Positions 25,440-37,444 are shown, counted from the first letter of the stretch. The stretch is 64,000 nucleotides of DNA from Squalus acanthias (GCA_030390025.1 CM059432.1:10416001-10480000); one strand, 5' to 3'. Program-made: numbers and translations. The notes: generated by a model not told the origin, from the letters alone.

Positions 25440-28265
25440 ATGATCTAATTGGGATTACGGAAACATGGTTGCAGGGTGAGCAGGGCTGGGAGCTTAACAT
25501 ACAGGGGTATTCAGTATTTAGGAAGGATCGACAAAAAAGAAAGGGAGGAGGGGTAGCATTGCTGGTAAAAGAAGGGATAAATGCAATTGAAAGGAAGGAT
25601 ATTAACTCAGTTAATACAGAATCTATATGGGTGGAGCTAAGAAATAGCGAGGGGCGAAAAACATTAATAGGAGTGGTATATAGGCCTCCAAATAGTAAAA
25701 TAGAGGTTGGGGAGGGCATCACGAGGGAAATTAGAGAAGCGTGCAATAAGAGCACAGCTGTCATCATAGGTGACTTTAACTTACATATAGATTGGAATAG
25801 CCTAATCAGTAAAAATAATGAGGAGGAGGAATTCCTTGAGTGTTTAAGGGATGGTTATCTGGATCAATATGTCGAGGAACCAACTCGGGAACAGGCTATA
25901 TTGGACTGGGTACTGTGCAATGAGAAGGGACTAATTAGTAATCTTGTTGTACGGGGACCCTTGGGTCAGAGCGATCATAACATGATCGATTTCTCACTCG
26001 AAATGGAGAGCGAAGAAATTGACTCAGATACTAAGGTCCTGAATTTAAACAAGGGGAATTATGATGCCATTAGACGGGAACTGAGTAGGTCTGATTGGAC
26101 AACGTTCCTGGGAGGACTGGAGGTAGATAAACAATGGCAAGCATTTAAAGATAGAATGACAAAATTGCAAAAATTGTTTATACCAATCTGGCATAAAAGG
26201 AAATCTAAAAAGGTGACTCAACCGTGGATAACAGGGGAAATTAGAGACAGCATAAAATCCAAAGATAGGGCGTATAAAATAGCCAAAAAAAGCGCCAGAG
26301 CGGAAGATTGGGAACAGTTTAAGATAGAGCAAAGGAGGACAAAGGGCTTAATCAAGAGGGGCAAAATAGCTTACGAAAGCAAGCTGGCGGAAAATATAAA
26401 AACTAACTCCAAAAGCTTTTATAAGTATATCAAGAGGAAAAGACTGGTGAAAACCAAAGTTGGCCCATTGCAGTCAGATACGGGGGAATATATAACGGGA
26501 AATAAAGAAATGGCAGACCAACTAAATGCATACTTTGGGTCAGTCTTTACGAAGGAAGACACAAAAAACCTCCCTGGGATATCGGGAAAAATAGGGACAT
26601 TTGCAAAGGAGGAACTGACGCGAGTCAATATCTCTAAGGATATGGTGTTAAGGAAGCTAAAGGGATTGAAGGCGGACAAATCCCCAGGGCCTGATAACAT
26701 GCATCCTAGGGTGCTGAAGGAGGTGGCCCTAGAGATAGCGGATGCACTAAGTATGATTTTTCAGAATTCATTAGACTCGGGAACAGTGCCCATGGATTGG
26801 AGGGTAGCTAACGTTACCCCACTATTCAAAAAGGGGAGTAGGGAAAAAGCAGGTAATTACAGACCTGTAAGCCTTACATCAGTTGTGGGCAAAATGCTGG
26901 AGTCCATCATTAAGGATGAAATAGCGGAGCACTTAGCAAATGGGGACAGGATAGGACAGAGTCAACATGGATTTACAAAGGGTAAATCGTGCTTGACTAA
27001 TCTATTGGAATTTTTTGAGGGAGTAACTGGTAAAATAGATGGGGGAGAGCCAGTAGATGTGGTGTACCTGGACTTCCAAAAGGCCTTCGATAAGGTCCCA
27101 CATAAAAGATTAGCAGGGAAAATTGAAGCTCATGGGATAAAGGGGAAAGTATTGACGTGGATAGAGAACTGGCTGTCAGATAGAAAACAGAGAGTTGGAA
27201 TAAACGGCTCATTTTCTGAATGGCAGGCAGTAACAAGTGGGGTACCACAGGGATCTGTCCTGGGTCCCCAGCTGTTCACAATTTACATTAATGACCTGGA
27301 TCAGGGAGTCGGATGCAGCATTTCCAAATTTGCAGACGACACTAAACTAGGAGGGGGGGTGGGCTCAGAGGAGGAGACCAGGAAGCTCCAGAGCGATTTG
27401 GACAGACTGGGTGATTGGGCGGATAAATGGCAGATGCACTATAATGTGGACAAGTGCGAAGTTATCCACCTTGGGTGCAGGAACGGGAGGGCAAATTATT
27501 ATTTAAATGGCAATAAATTGGGAGAGGGGGAAGTACAGAGAGACCTGGGTGTTCTTGTACACCAGTCACTGAAGGCGAGCATACAGGTGCAACAGGCGAT
27601 CAAGAAGGCAAACGGTATGCTGGCCTTCATAGCAAAAGGGTTGGAATACAGGAACAGGGATACCTTGCTGCAGCTGTACAGGGCACTGGTGAGACCACAC
27701 CTCGAGTACTGTGTACAGTTTTGGTCGCCTCATCTGAGGAAAGATGTTCTTGCCATGGAGGGGGTGCAGCGGCGATTCACCAGGCTGATACCAGGAATGG
27801 CGGGATTGACCTATGAGGAGAGACTATGTAGTTTAGGGATGTACACACTGGAGTTTAGAAGATTGAGAGGGGACCTCATAGAAGTGTATAAAATTCTGAC
27901 AGGTCTAGACAGACTAGATGCAGAAGGGATGTTTCCCTTGGCGGGTGAGAACAGAACTAGAGGACATAATTTAAGGATAAGGGCTAAACCATTTAGGACA
28001 GAAATGAGGGGGAATTTCTTCACTCAGAGGGTGGTGAACCTGTGGAACTCATTGCCACAGAGGGCAGTGTACGCCAGCTCATTAAATATATTTAAGAGGG
28101 AATTAGATATATTTCTACAGGCAAAAGGGGTTAAGGGTTACGGAGAGAAGGCGGGGACGGGATACTGAATTCGAGGATCAGCCATGATCTCATTAAATGG
28201 CGGAGCAGGCTCGAAGGGCCGGATGGCCTACTCCTGCTCCTATCTTCTATGTATCTATGTATCTA
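25440..28265 (+). mobile_element. Young 5'-truncated CR1 LINE
   Basis: Uninterrupted ORF2 from inside the endonuclease to the stop; (CTATGTAT)n tail; nearly identical to 39750-42575. Confidence 0.97.
25469..28168 (+). CDS. CR1 ORF2 (partial APE endonuclease + reverse transcriptase), N-terminally truncated
   Basis: GVVYRPP, IGDFN, SDHN, YLDFQKAFD, GVPQGSVLGP, FADD motifs. Confidence 0.9.
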   Translation: MQGEQGWELNIQGYSVFRKDRQKRKGGGVALLVKEGINAIERKDINSVNTESIWVELRNSEGRKTLIGVVYRPPNSKIEVGEGITREIREACNKSTAVIIGDFNLHIDWNSLISKNNEEEEFLECLRDGYLDQYVEEPTREQAILDWVLCNEKGLISNLVVRGPLGQSDHNMIDFSLEMESEEIDSDTKVLNLNKGNYDAIRRELSRSDWTTFLGGLEVDKQWQAFKDRMTKLQKLFIPIWHKRKSKKVTQPWITGEIRDSIKSKDRAYKIAKKSARAEDWEQFKIEQRRTKGLIKRGKIAYESKLAENIKTNSKSFYKYIKRKRLVKTKVGPLQSDTGEYITGNKEMADQLNAYFGSVFTKEDTKNLPGISGKIGTFAKEELTRVNISKDMVLRKLKGLKADKSPGPDNMHPRVLKEVALEIADALSMIFQNSLDSGTVPMDWRVANVTPLFKKGSREKAGNYRPVSLTSVVGKMLESIIKDEIAEHLANGDRIGQSQHGFTKGKSCLTNLLEFFEGVTGKIDGGEPVDVVYLDFQKAFDKVPHKRLAGKIEAHGIKGKVLTWIENWLSDRKQRVGINGSFSEWQAVTSGVPQGSVLGPQLFTIYINDLDQGVGCSISKFADDTKLGGGVGSEEETRKLQSDLDRLGDWADKWQMHYNVDKCEVIHLGCRNGRANYYLNGNKLGEGEVQRDLGVLVHQSLKASIQVQQAIKKANGMLAFIAKGLEYRNRDTLLQLYRALVRPHLEYCVQFWSPHLRKDVLAMEGVQRRFTRLIPGMAGLTYEERLCSLGMYTLEFRRLRGDLIEVYKILTGLDRLDAEGMFPLAGENRTRGHNLRIRAKPFRTEMRGNFFTQRVVNLWNSLPQRAVYASSLNIFKRELDIFLQAKGVKGYGEKAGTGY

Positions 28266-28799
28266 TTTCAGAGGTCTTCATTTGCAAGGTTAGAAGCTCC
28301 TGCTTACTGCATTTGGAAGACAGATTGAGCTTTATGGAGGTTGCAAGTGTTTGGAGCAAACTCTCTATCCAGTGTCACCTCATTGGAACAACCTCTCTCA
28401 CCATTGACAGATCGCTTCTGTCATCTCAACCTCAGCTGCCATCTATTCCATCAGCATCGGTGCCCTTGTAACTATCTCACCTTGGTCCTCAGGATCCCAC
28501 CATGGCCAGATTTACTTCACTTGACACTGTACACCCTGGCTGCCACATGATGCGCCAGGTTGGCACCACCCCACACCAACACCATAAAGCATCCCTACAA
28601 TGTCCAAGCCATTCCTTTCACACTCATCACCATTGCGGGAGGTACCGTTATGTCTCACCATTCACTGCAACTCACTAAGCCACTTCCAAAGGTGCACACA
28701 GATCTGTCCAAGAATGCAAAGTGTTGAAAATAAAGATTTCAATGTTTGATAGCACATTAACAGAAACTTCACATGAACATTGGCTAAAACACCCAAGTG

Positions 28800-29545
28800 C
28801 CTACCCTTGTGTGTTGCTAGTTGGTATGATTGGACTAGGATGAGGGTGAGTGTGAGGGGTGGCTAGTGAGATGGGGAAGTGATAATGTAGATAGAGAGGG
28901 ATGGGTGGAGGTGCAAGGTAAGTTGGTGTGAGTAAGGATGTGCAGGAGTAGGGTAGGGAAGGCAGAGTGATGGGGATGTGATGGGTGACACAGCAGGATG
29001 AGGTTGAGTGTGGCTTTGCAGTAACATTTTGTGATCTACTGAGATCATTGAAAGGTTTGCACCACTGCAGCCTGGTCCTCCTGACGACATCCCTGCTTGT
29101 GCCCTCCTGTGCAATGTGCAACCAGGCTGTGTTGATCTCCTGGGGAGGTCTCTTCCACCCATGGGAAGGGAAGAGAACCTCCCTGCGTGCTGTGACTCCC
29201 TCCATAAGCATATGGAGGGAGTCATGGGAGAGCCTGGGTGCAGCCGTGCACCTCTGTGCAGTGCTTGTCAGTGTTTGCAGCACCTCAATGCTGTAGAACA
29301 CTGACAGCACAAATGTCAAAATCAATTTGGGCATGGTCCCTTTAAGGAAACCGGCTGATGACGCGTCATCAAGTGACATCATCAGACCCGCTTCCTTCAA
29401 TTGGCCGGGAAACGCGCTGGGCGGGCTTAAAAAGCCCAATCAGCATAAAATTCTTATCACAGAGCGGGATGGAGCCAGCAGCGGGGTCGCACCCCGTCAC
29501 CGACCCCAGCCGCCCCGGACCCGCCTCGGTAGGCGAAATCGCGGC
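28800..29545 (-). pseudogene. Harbinger remnant: terminal region + Myb/SANT-like exon 1
   Basis: APRLSHDSLHMLMEGVTARREVLFP...AWLHIAQE...RTRLQWCKPFNDL resembles the Myb/SANT exon at 46592. Confidence 0.75.
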
Positions 29546-29549
29546 CAAA

Positions 29550-29850
29550 GAGTCTACAGCACAGAAACAGGCCGTTCGGGCCAACTGGTCCGTGCCGGTG
29601 TTTGTGCTCCACACGAGCCTCCTCCCACCCTTCTTCATCTCACCCTGTCAGCATATCCTTCTATTCCTCTCTCTCTCATGTGCTTATCTAGCTTTCACTT
29701 CAATGCATCAATACTATTTGCCTCAACTACTCCCTGTGGTAGCGAGTTCCACATTCTCACCACTCTCTGGGTAAAGAAGTTTCTCCTGAATTCCTCATTG
29801 GATTTATTAGTGACCAACTTATATTTATGTCCTCTAGTTTTAGACTCATT
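29550..29850 (-). mobile_element. CR1 LINE 3' fragment
   Basis: Same subfamily as 7325-7570 and 38430-38720. Confidence 0.85.
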
Positions 29851-30081
29851 TAAAGAGAGATCCTGCTACTACAAACAATAAAGGAACGGTACAGATATAC
29901 AAGATACATGAAACACTAACGGCACTCTGACTCTTTCTGATTTTGTTATCATAAGATTCATTACGTTCAGTGAGGTTCAGCTCTCTCTGTTCATAAAGAA
30001 CTACAGGTAAAACCGCAGGGGACACATAGTCAGACTGTCATGCACAAAAAAAGATTTCACAGCACTAAACACATGCACTTA

Positions 30082-30549
30082 AAGAAAGACTTGCATTTAT
30101 ACAGTGTCTTTCACAACCTCGGGACGGCCCAAAGCGCTTTACAGCCAATGAAGTACTTTTTGAAGTGTGGTCACTGTTGTAATGTAGGAAACGCGGCAGG
30201 CAATTTGCGCACAGCAAGCTCCCACAAACAGCAATGTGATTAATGACCAGATAATCTGTTTTTAGTGATGTTGGCGGAGGGATAAATATTGACTAGGACA
30301 CCAGGGATAACTTCCCCTGCTCTTCTTCGAAATAATGCCATCAGATCTTTAACATCCACCTGAGAGAGCAGACGGGGGCCTCAGTTTAACACCTCATCTG
30401 AAAGACGACACCTCTGACAGTGCAGCGCTCCCTCAGTACCGCACTGGGAGTGTCAGCCTAGATTCTTGTCTTCCAGTCTCTGGAGTGGGACTTGAACCCA
30501 CAACCATTCTGACTCAAAGGCGAGGGTGCTGTCCACTGAGCCACGGCTG
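30082..30549 (-). mobile_element. Full-length Deu-domain SINE
   Basis: tRNA-like head with B-box GGTTCAAGTCCC, Deu core, L2-like tail TAAATGCAAGTCTTTC. Confidence 0.88.
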
Positions 30550-30563
30550 ACACCATAAAGCTT

Positions 30564-30771
30564 TGATGCGGAGATGCCGGTGTTGGACTGGGGTGGACAA
30601 AAGTGAGAAGTCGCACAACACCAGGTTATAGTCCAACTGCTTTATTTGAAATCACAAGCTTTCGGAGCGCTGCTCCTTCGTCAGGTCACCTGACGAAGGA
30701 GCAGCGCTCCGAAAGCTTGTGATTTCAAATAAAGCTGTTGGACTATAACCAGGTGTTGTGCGACTTCTCAC
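30564..30771. mobile_element. Penelope-like (family A) fold-back insertion: 39-bp tail + inverted pseudo-LTR pair
   Basis: Near-perfect inverted repeat 30603-30771; flanked by the direct repeat CACCATAAAGCTT (30551-30563, 30769-30781). Confidence 0.85.
30686..30722 (+). ncRNA. Minimal type I hammerhead ribozyme motif (PLE family A)
   Basis: TCAC-CTGACGA-A-GGAGC-agc-GCTCC-GAA-AGCT-T-GTGA. Confidence 0.8.
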
Positions 30772-31159
30772 CATAAAGCTTGCCATCAATCAGTGTCATT
30801 AAACGTTCCAACGACTATCTCTTTAAAAATCTGGATTTCCTGCTTCATCTTGACAGTGATGCCCGAACACAAGTGTTTCCACACAGTTAATTGTGGAGCT
30901 CATCGTAAGGGCCTCATTTCAAGGATACCATCCTGTTTGTGTACTGTGCAGAACAGCAGACCGACGCTAATCAACAAAGGGTTTCTGATGTCACAATTTA
31001 CAGGAAACATACTCTGTATTCTCCACTGTAAGAATGGATGGTTTGCAAGGTATCATTATTGGCTCGCAATTAGAAAAAGAGCAGCTTGTCCTAACCAAAC
31101 CAGACGGTAATACAGATTCTAGCTTTCACTGCTTATCCTTCTATTCCTTTCTCCCTCAA

Positions 31160-31615
31160 GGAGGCGGGGAGGATGTTTCCACTGATGGGTGAGACTAGAA
31201 CTAGGGGGCATAATCTTAGAATAAGGGGCTGCCGTTTCAAAACTGAGATGAGGAGAAACTTCTTCTCTCAGAAGGTAGTAAATCGATGGAATTTGCTACC
31301 TCAGAGAGCTGTGGAAGCTGCGACATTAAATAAATTTAAAACGGAGATAGACAGTTTCCTAGCTGATAAGGGAATTAAGGGTTATGGGGAGCGGGCAGGG
31401 AAGTGGACGTGAGTCTAGGTTCGGATCAGCCATGATCCTATTGAATGGCGGAGCAGGCCTGAAGGGTCGTATGGCCGACTCCTGCTCCTACTTCTCATGT
31501 TCTTATGTTCTTCTTTAGCTTCCCCTTAAATGCATCTATACTAGTCACCCAAATTACTCCCTGTGGGAGCGAGTTCCACATTCTCACCACTCTCTGGGTA
31601 AAGAAGTTTCTCCTG
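31160..31615. mobile_element. Adjacent CR1 3' fragments (+ 31160-31510, - 31510-31615)
   Basis: MFPLMGETRTRGHNLRI...GKWT* plus tail; reverse-strand RNFFTQRVVRMWNSLP. Confidence 0.85.
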
Positions 31616-31784
31616 GGGGCTCCAGGAGGGTCATCCTCATTTGATGCAGTTATCTGTATTCTTAAGTTAATGGTGCCATTAGCTAACATCCCGTGAGTGG
31701 CTAGTTCTTGGGCGATGGGCAGAGGGAATTGGAGCAAAGGTCTATTATGTGTGACATACATTTTCTGGGGCATCTCCCATCATT

Positions 31785-32190
31785 ACATAGAATTTACTTC
31801 ACAGAAACAGGCCATTCGGCCCAACAGGTCCACACGAGCTCCTCCCACCCTACTTCATCTCACCCTATTGGCATAACCTTCTTTCTCCTTTATGCGTTTA
31901 TCCAGCTTCCCCTTAAAAATGCATCTGCGCTATTCGCCTCAACCACTCCCTGTTATAGCGAGTTCCACATTCTCACCACTCTCTGGGTAAAGAAGTTTCT
32001 CCTGAATTCCCTATTGGATGTATTGGTGACTATCTTATATTTATGGCCCCTAGTTTTGGATTCCCCTCCACAAGTGGAAACATCTTCTCTGCGTCTACCC
32101 TATCAAAACCCTTTCAGAATTTTAAAGACGTCTCTATCAGGTCAACCCCTCAGCCTTCTCTTTTCTAGAGAAAAGAGCCCCAGCCTGTGT
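31785..32190 (-). mobile_element. CR1 LINE 3' fragment
   Basis: Reverse complement closely matches 7325-7570, including a shared 3' UTR deletion. Confidence 0.85.
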
Positions 32191-32336
32191 TAACCTAATT
32201 CGCCAGGCGGGAATCCCACGGGATTGTGTGGAACCCCGCCCAACATTACTCTCCGCTGACTTCAAACATCGACCGGGGCTGTAAAACCAGCGCTGCGCCC
32301 GATCCTGTGGGATTCCCAACCGGCGGGTTAGGTCAA
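32190..32336. mobile_element. Short MITE-like palindrome
   Basis: TAACCTAATTCGCCAGGCGGGAATCCCACGGGAT pairs imperfectly with ATCCTGTGGGATTCCCAACCGGCGGGTTAGGTCA; related sequence at ~16010-16110. Confidence 0.6.
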
Positions 32337-32499
32337 GATCGCTCCTCGCCCGTGTCTGATACCGAATTCAGCCACGGCAGCTTCCCTGCTTCCAGCGAGG
32401 CACGAGCAAGTGGTTATTCAACCCTTTCACACGTTCAACGATGGGCGCCATCACAAATGGCCAAACCATCCCCAGCCCTCTTCTATTGAGAAAAAAAAC

Positions 32500-32905
32500 A
32501 AAGAAAGACTTGCATCTATACCGAGCCTTTCACAGCCTCAAGACGTCCCAAAGCGCTTCACAGCCAATGAAGTACTTTTTGGAGTGTAGTCACTGTTGTA
32601 ATGTAGGAAACGTGGCAGCCACTTTGCGCACAGCAAGCTCCCACAAACAGCAAAAAATGTGATAATGACCAGATAATCTGTTTTAGTGATGTTGATTGAG
32701 GGATAAATATTGGCCCCAGGGAGAACCGGGGAGAACCGGGGACCTCAGTTTAACGTTTCATTTGAAAGATGGCACCTCTGACAGTGCAGCCCTCCCTCAG
32801 CACGGCACTGGGAGTGTCAGCCTAGATTTTTGTGCTCAAGTCTCTGGAGTGGGACTCGAACCCACAACCTTCTGACTCGGAGGCGAGCACTGAGTCACTG
32901 GCTGA
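32500..32905 (-). mobile_element. Deu-domain SINE with internal deletion
   Basis: Colinear with 30082-30549. Confidence 0.85.
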
Positions 32906-33506
32906 CACATGAGATGCTGATAGTGCTCGTAATGATCGGAAAACCGATTGGCATCTGTGGTGGGAGGCCCTCAGGGATGGAAAACTGCAGTGCCGGGGAT
33001 ATGTGCAAGAATGCATTGGAAGATGCTTCAGTCAGATCCAATTAGACTGAGTTGTTTCTCAGCTTTAACATCACGGCTAAGCAGATTTCACAAACATTTA
33101 ACATCACAGTGTCGCAGAAACCAATTACCTTTTTTTTCCTTCCAGGTAACTGTTAAGTTTCTCAACGTGTAACAAGCTCAGAATCAGAGCTACCTCCCTC
33201 ACTGAAGATTGTTTGGGTAGAACCCAACAATTAGAAGAGGTAACTTCACTAATGAAGCCAAACAAACATCAGTAACTGTTGAACAACTGAAGTGGCAAAA
33301 AATATTCCCTGCACGCTTGTCATATCCGACAGCGCCACATTCACTACAATGACATAGGAACGTAGGGGCAGGAGGCGGCCATTCAGCCCCTCGAGCCTGT
33401 CCCGCCATTCAATCAGGTCATGGCTGACCTGTCATTGAACTTTAGATACTCGCTGGTGCCTCCATTTCTTCCGGTGCCTATAATTGAACTGGTTTCCATG
33501 TGGCCG

Positions 33507-33766
33507 TCACAGCTTCGTAACCCACAATACATAACCTGTGCTCCACTGAAGAACAGGTTGTGTTGAAGAACACAACGTCATATTGTGCTGGAGAGAAACC
33601 GAAGATAGTTGGCTCCATTGGATAAGTTCGGCACCAATGTCCACACTTCGCACCGACGGCCATGTTATGTTGAAGACCCTGCGTAGCGCAGGTTGTTGTT
33701 GCTGGTGGCAGATGCCGTTGCTGCATCTGTCACAGTTCTGCATCTGCCTCTCTACTGACCCAGATC
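33507..33766 (-). CDS. Candidate host exon, product unknown
   Basis: Non-repetitive DNA; acceptor CTGTTTTCTCTTAG; one open frame (SGSVERQMQNCDRCSNGICHQ...); only a weak donor (CAG/GTTATG at 33535), otherwise a stop at 33507. Confidence 0.25.
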
Positions 33767-33944
33767 CTAAGAGAAAACAGTCCCCTGGGTAGGTGTGTCA
33801 GGGCATAAACGGGGTCATTGGCAGGACCGTAAGATTGTTGAGGGTCGGCCCATTCCAATTTTTGGGCAGACTTCGATTTCCACGGCCAGAGCCCCCGCCA
33901 GAAACAAATGTGGGGCCTGATTGAAATATTGACGTGTCAACCGA

Positions 33945-34410
33945 GCGGTAGCACTCTCACCTCTGAGTCAGAAGGTCGTGAGTTCAATTCCCACTCCAGA
34001 GACTTGAGCACAAAAATCTAGGCTGACACTCCCTGTGCAGTGCTGAGGGAGCGCTGCACAGTCGGAGGTGCTGTCTTTCGGATGAGACCTTAAACCGAGG
34101 GCCCCGCCTGCTCTCTCAGGTGGACGTAAAAGATCCCACAGCCACTATTTCAAAGAAGAGCAAGGGAGTTCTCCCTGGTGTCCTGGGGCCAATATTTATC
34201 CCTCAACCCCCACCCCTTCCCCAAAAACAGATTATCTGGTCATTATCACATTGCTGTTTGTGGGAGCTTGCTGTGCGCAAATTGGCTGCCGCATTTCCTA
34301 CATTACAACAGTGACTACACTTCAAATGTATTTCATTGGCTGTAAAGCGCTTTGGGACGTCCTGAGGTCGTGAAAGGCGCTGTATAAATGCAAGTCTTTT
34401 CTTTTTTTCT
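33945..34410 (+). mobile_element. Deu-domain SINE
   Basis: B-box GAGTTCAATTCCC, Deu core, tail TAAATGCAAGTCTTTT. Confidence 0.88.
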
Positions 34411-35446
34411 TTATTCAGACGGGAGTTACCGGGCATTGTCCAGACCCTCAATGTAATTTTTGTGTCGATCAGCACTGCCAACTCTACTTCCTCAAACCGC
34501 CCAGAAATCATGGCTGGTACAGGTTGGGAGCTGGCCAGTGACAGCGCTCCTTACAGAGCTCATTAGCTGCAGTAATCGGGAAAGCTGGGAGCAGGCCTGT
34601 CACTCAACTTTTCTTCACACTTTTGGGAGTGTTGAGCCTGGAAGGCTTTCCTTAAAGTCAGTTCCTGTTTGCTGGCCGGGCCCATCAACTGTCCCCGAGG
34701 CTGAAAAAACGTGGCTCCACCTAGGCCGCCGCCGACGTTTCCAGCCCTTCCCCTGCCCGGTGCAGCTGCAGGTCCGCGATCAGCACCTGCCTGGCCAGAT
34801 TCCTCCCCCCGCCCCCAGCTCCCTCACCACCCCGCAAACAGCAAACTGCCGATAACCAGCGCAATCAGCACCGACAGCCCGGCTCCGGCAGGCAAATGAG
34901 GCAAGACCACGATAACCAATCAGGCCCTCTGCCGGCGTCGTGGGGGCATCATGGGTCATCCAACCTATTACTCGCTCAAGGTCTGCTCAACACGAAAATC
35001 GACCCCTAATATATAAATATGTTAGTGATTCAGGTAACCTTCCTATCTGAGAGTTGGGCATGGTCAACGAGAAAAACAGCAGGACACGGTGACTTTTCAC
35101 CCCTGACTTCTGGGTTTGAATCCAACTGAGATTGATGGATGACATCTGTCAGGAACATAGGAACATAAGAACATAGGAACAGGAGGAGGCCATTTAGCCC
35201 CTCGAGCCTGTTCCGCCATTCAATGAGATCAGGGCTGATCTGCGACCTAACTCCATATACCCGCCTTTGCCCCGTATCCCTTAATACCTTTGGTTAACAA
35301 AAATCTCAGATTTAAAATTAACAATTAATGCTATGCAAAATGAGTTTGGACAGATTCAATCCACAAAAAGCAAGGGCCCACAGTACTCGGCATGTCCCTT
35401 CATTGTCACTAACTGGTATTAAATAGGCAATCTCACTCAGTCAGGG

Positions 35447-35610
35447 GCATGGATGAGGGTTTCAGCAGCAGATGGGCTAAGGCAGGGGCGGAGACGGGCG
35501 ATGTCACGGAGTTGGAAGTAGGCGGTCTTGGGGATGGAGACGATATGGTGTCAGAAGCTCAGCTCAGGGTCAAATGGGTCGGCGAGGTGGCGAACATTCA
35601 GGTCCAGCCT
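35447..35610 (-). mobile_element. L2 LINE RT C-terminal fragment
   Basis: FDPELSF*HHIVSIPKTAYFQLRDIARLRPCLSPSAAETLIH on the minus strand. Confidence 0.75.
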
Positions 35611-36324
35611 GAGGCTGGCGCTGGAGGTAGCAAGTTTGATATTGGCCTCCTTTCCCTCTTTGGTCTGAGTGGCCTTGTGGTCCCCCCTCTCAGAGCAGTA
35701 GGGCGGGGCTCCGAGATAGAGCAGGCTCTGCGGGTTGGGGGCTATTGTTGATCCACTACAGGCAGAGCGCCCCCCCACCCACCCCCGTATTATTTAAATA
35801 ATCACGTCCTTGAGATTTGAGATAGGGTCAGAGCCAGGTCGTAGAATCATAGAATCCTACAGCACAGAAGGAGGCCATTCGGTCCATGGTGCCTGTGCCG
35901 GCTCTCTGAAAGAGCCGTCCAATTAGTCCCACCTCCCCCTGCTCTTTCCCCACAGCCCTGCAAATTTTTCCTTTATAAGTATTTATCCAATTCCCTTTTG
36001 AAAGTTACTATTGAATCTGCTTCCACCGCCCTTTCAGGCAGCGCATTCCAGATCATAACAACTCGCTGCGTATAAGTAATTCTCCTCATCCCACCTCGGG
36101 ATCTTACAAAATCTTTCCGTAGTAAGGAGCAGAACTTGCACCAGTGCACCTCCAGTGACGCAAGAGCGCGGCGGGATCTGTCTCTCACCACATTTTATTA
36201 TCGAGTGGTGAGTAGGCTAGCTCACAGCAGAGTGGAGTGATTTAAGATTTATCTCTCTTTTGCAGGTAAGAATCTGTAACAGAGGCAACAATACATGTTA
36301 GCAACAAATGGTAATTGAGTTTTT

Positions 36325-36595
36325 TTTATTACTCATTCATGGGATGTGGGCATCGCTGGCAAGGCCGGCATTTATTGCCCATCTCCAACTGCCCTTGAGA
36401 AGATGGTGGTGAGCCGCCGCCTTGAATCGCTGCAGTCCGTGTGGTGAAGGTACTCCCACGGCGCTGTTAGGGAGGATTTTGACCCAGCGACGATGAAGGA
36501 TCGGCGATATATTTCCAAGTCAGGATGGTGTGTGACTTGGAGAGGAACTTGGAGGTGGTGGTGTTCCCATGCACCTGCTGTCCTTGTCCTTTTGG
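36325..36595 (-). mobile_element. L2/Crack-like LINE 3' fragment
   Basis: Matches 18065-18330. Confidence 0.8.
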
Positions 36596-36871
36596 CGGTG
36601 CCTTTATATTGCCGGAACTGGCTTGACACCATGAGCTGTGTTTGAGCTTAATGTCCAGTGCCTGAGACAAGTAGAGTTCTGCCCACATATTTAAAGAGCT
36701 CCATTCAGGAGGAGAGACATATTTTTTCTTTTAGCTGAGGACCCTGAGAACAGTGGGTTCTTCGCTAGTTTTAAAATGCTCAAGGAGCCCACCTGCGATC
36801 TTTCAAAATGTAATTTTTAACATTTAAAAAGCGAGGCTTCATACTGACTGCACTGCAGCCAGAGTTACGTA

Positions 36872-37443
36872 CGGGGAAAAATCGGGTCGCGCCCCCTTTG
36901 GGGCGCTAATTTTGCCGGGAAATTAGCGCCCCCGCAGGCAAAATTCACCGGTAGCGCCCCAAGAGGGAAGTAGGGTGCTACTGGAAGCGCCCCGCCTCCC
37001 TCTTGGGGCGCTGCGAGTGAATATCGCGGCGCTACGTGGCGCTGCGGCACATCGCGCCGCGGTACTGCAAGCCTTCATCCCCTCATTAAAGGGAGGGGCC
37101 TAGCGCAGCGCGACCCGGGGCCCAGCTGGGCCACCAGGGATTGGAGTGCCGGAAAAGAGCCCGGCACTCAAGAGAAGTGCCGGGCTCACGGAGCGCAGCC
37201 GGCACTCCGCGCGGGCGGGGGGCTGCAGAGGAGGCCGGGGACGGCAACGGGGGCAGGTGCTGGCAGGCGGCCAGCAACAAAAATGGCCGCCCGGCACCTC
37301 CCCTTTTCCGCCGCCGCTAACCTCCCGCTGAATTTCGCGGGAAGCGTTGGCGGCGCCGCGCCCAGGCACTAGTTGCTTTGCGCCCCATTAGCGTCCTCTT
37401 AGGGCACTAACGGGAGGCGCAAAGCAACAGAATTTTTAGGCCG
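36872..37443. mobile_element. Non-autonomous Harbinger-type MITE
   Basis: Homologous to 13238-13893; right end resembles 50045-50176 of the coding element. Confidence 0.75.
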
Positions 37444-37444
37444 T

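Noticed and set aside
30603..30771. pre-miRNA or DNA-transposon MITE
   Set aside because: The arms match the Penelope terminus at 52850-52940, and the asymmetric tail and 10-13 bp TSD fit a PLE insertion
33945..34010. tRNA gene
   Set aside because: The tRNA-like A/B boxes are the head of a Deu-SINE; no full cloverleaf or terminator
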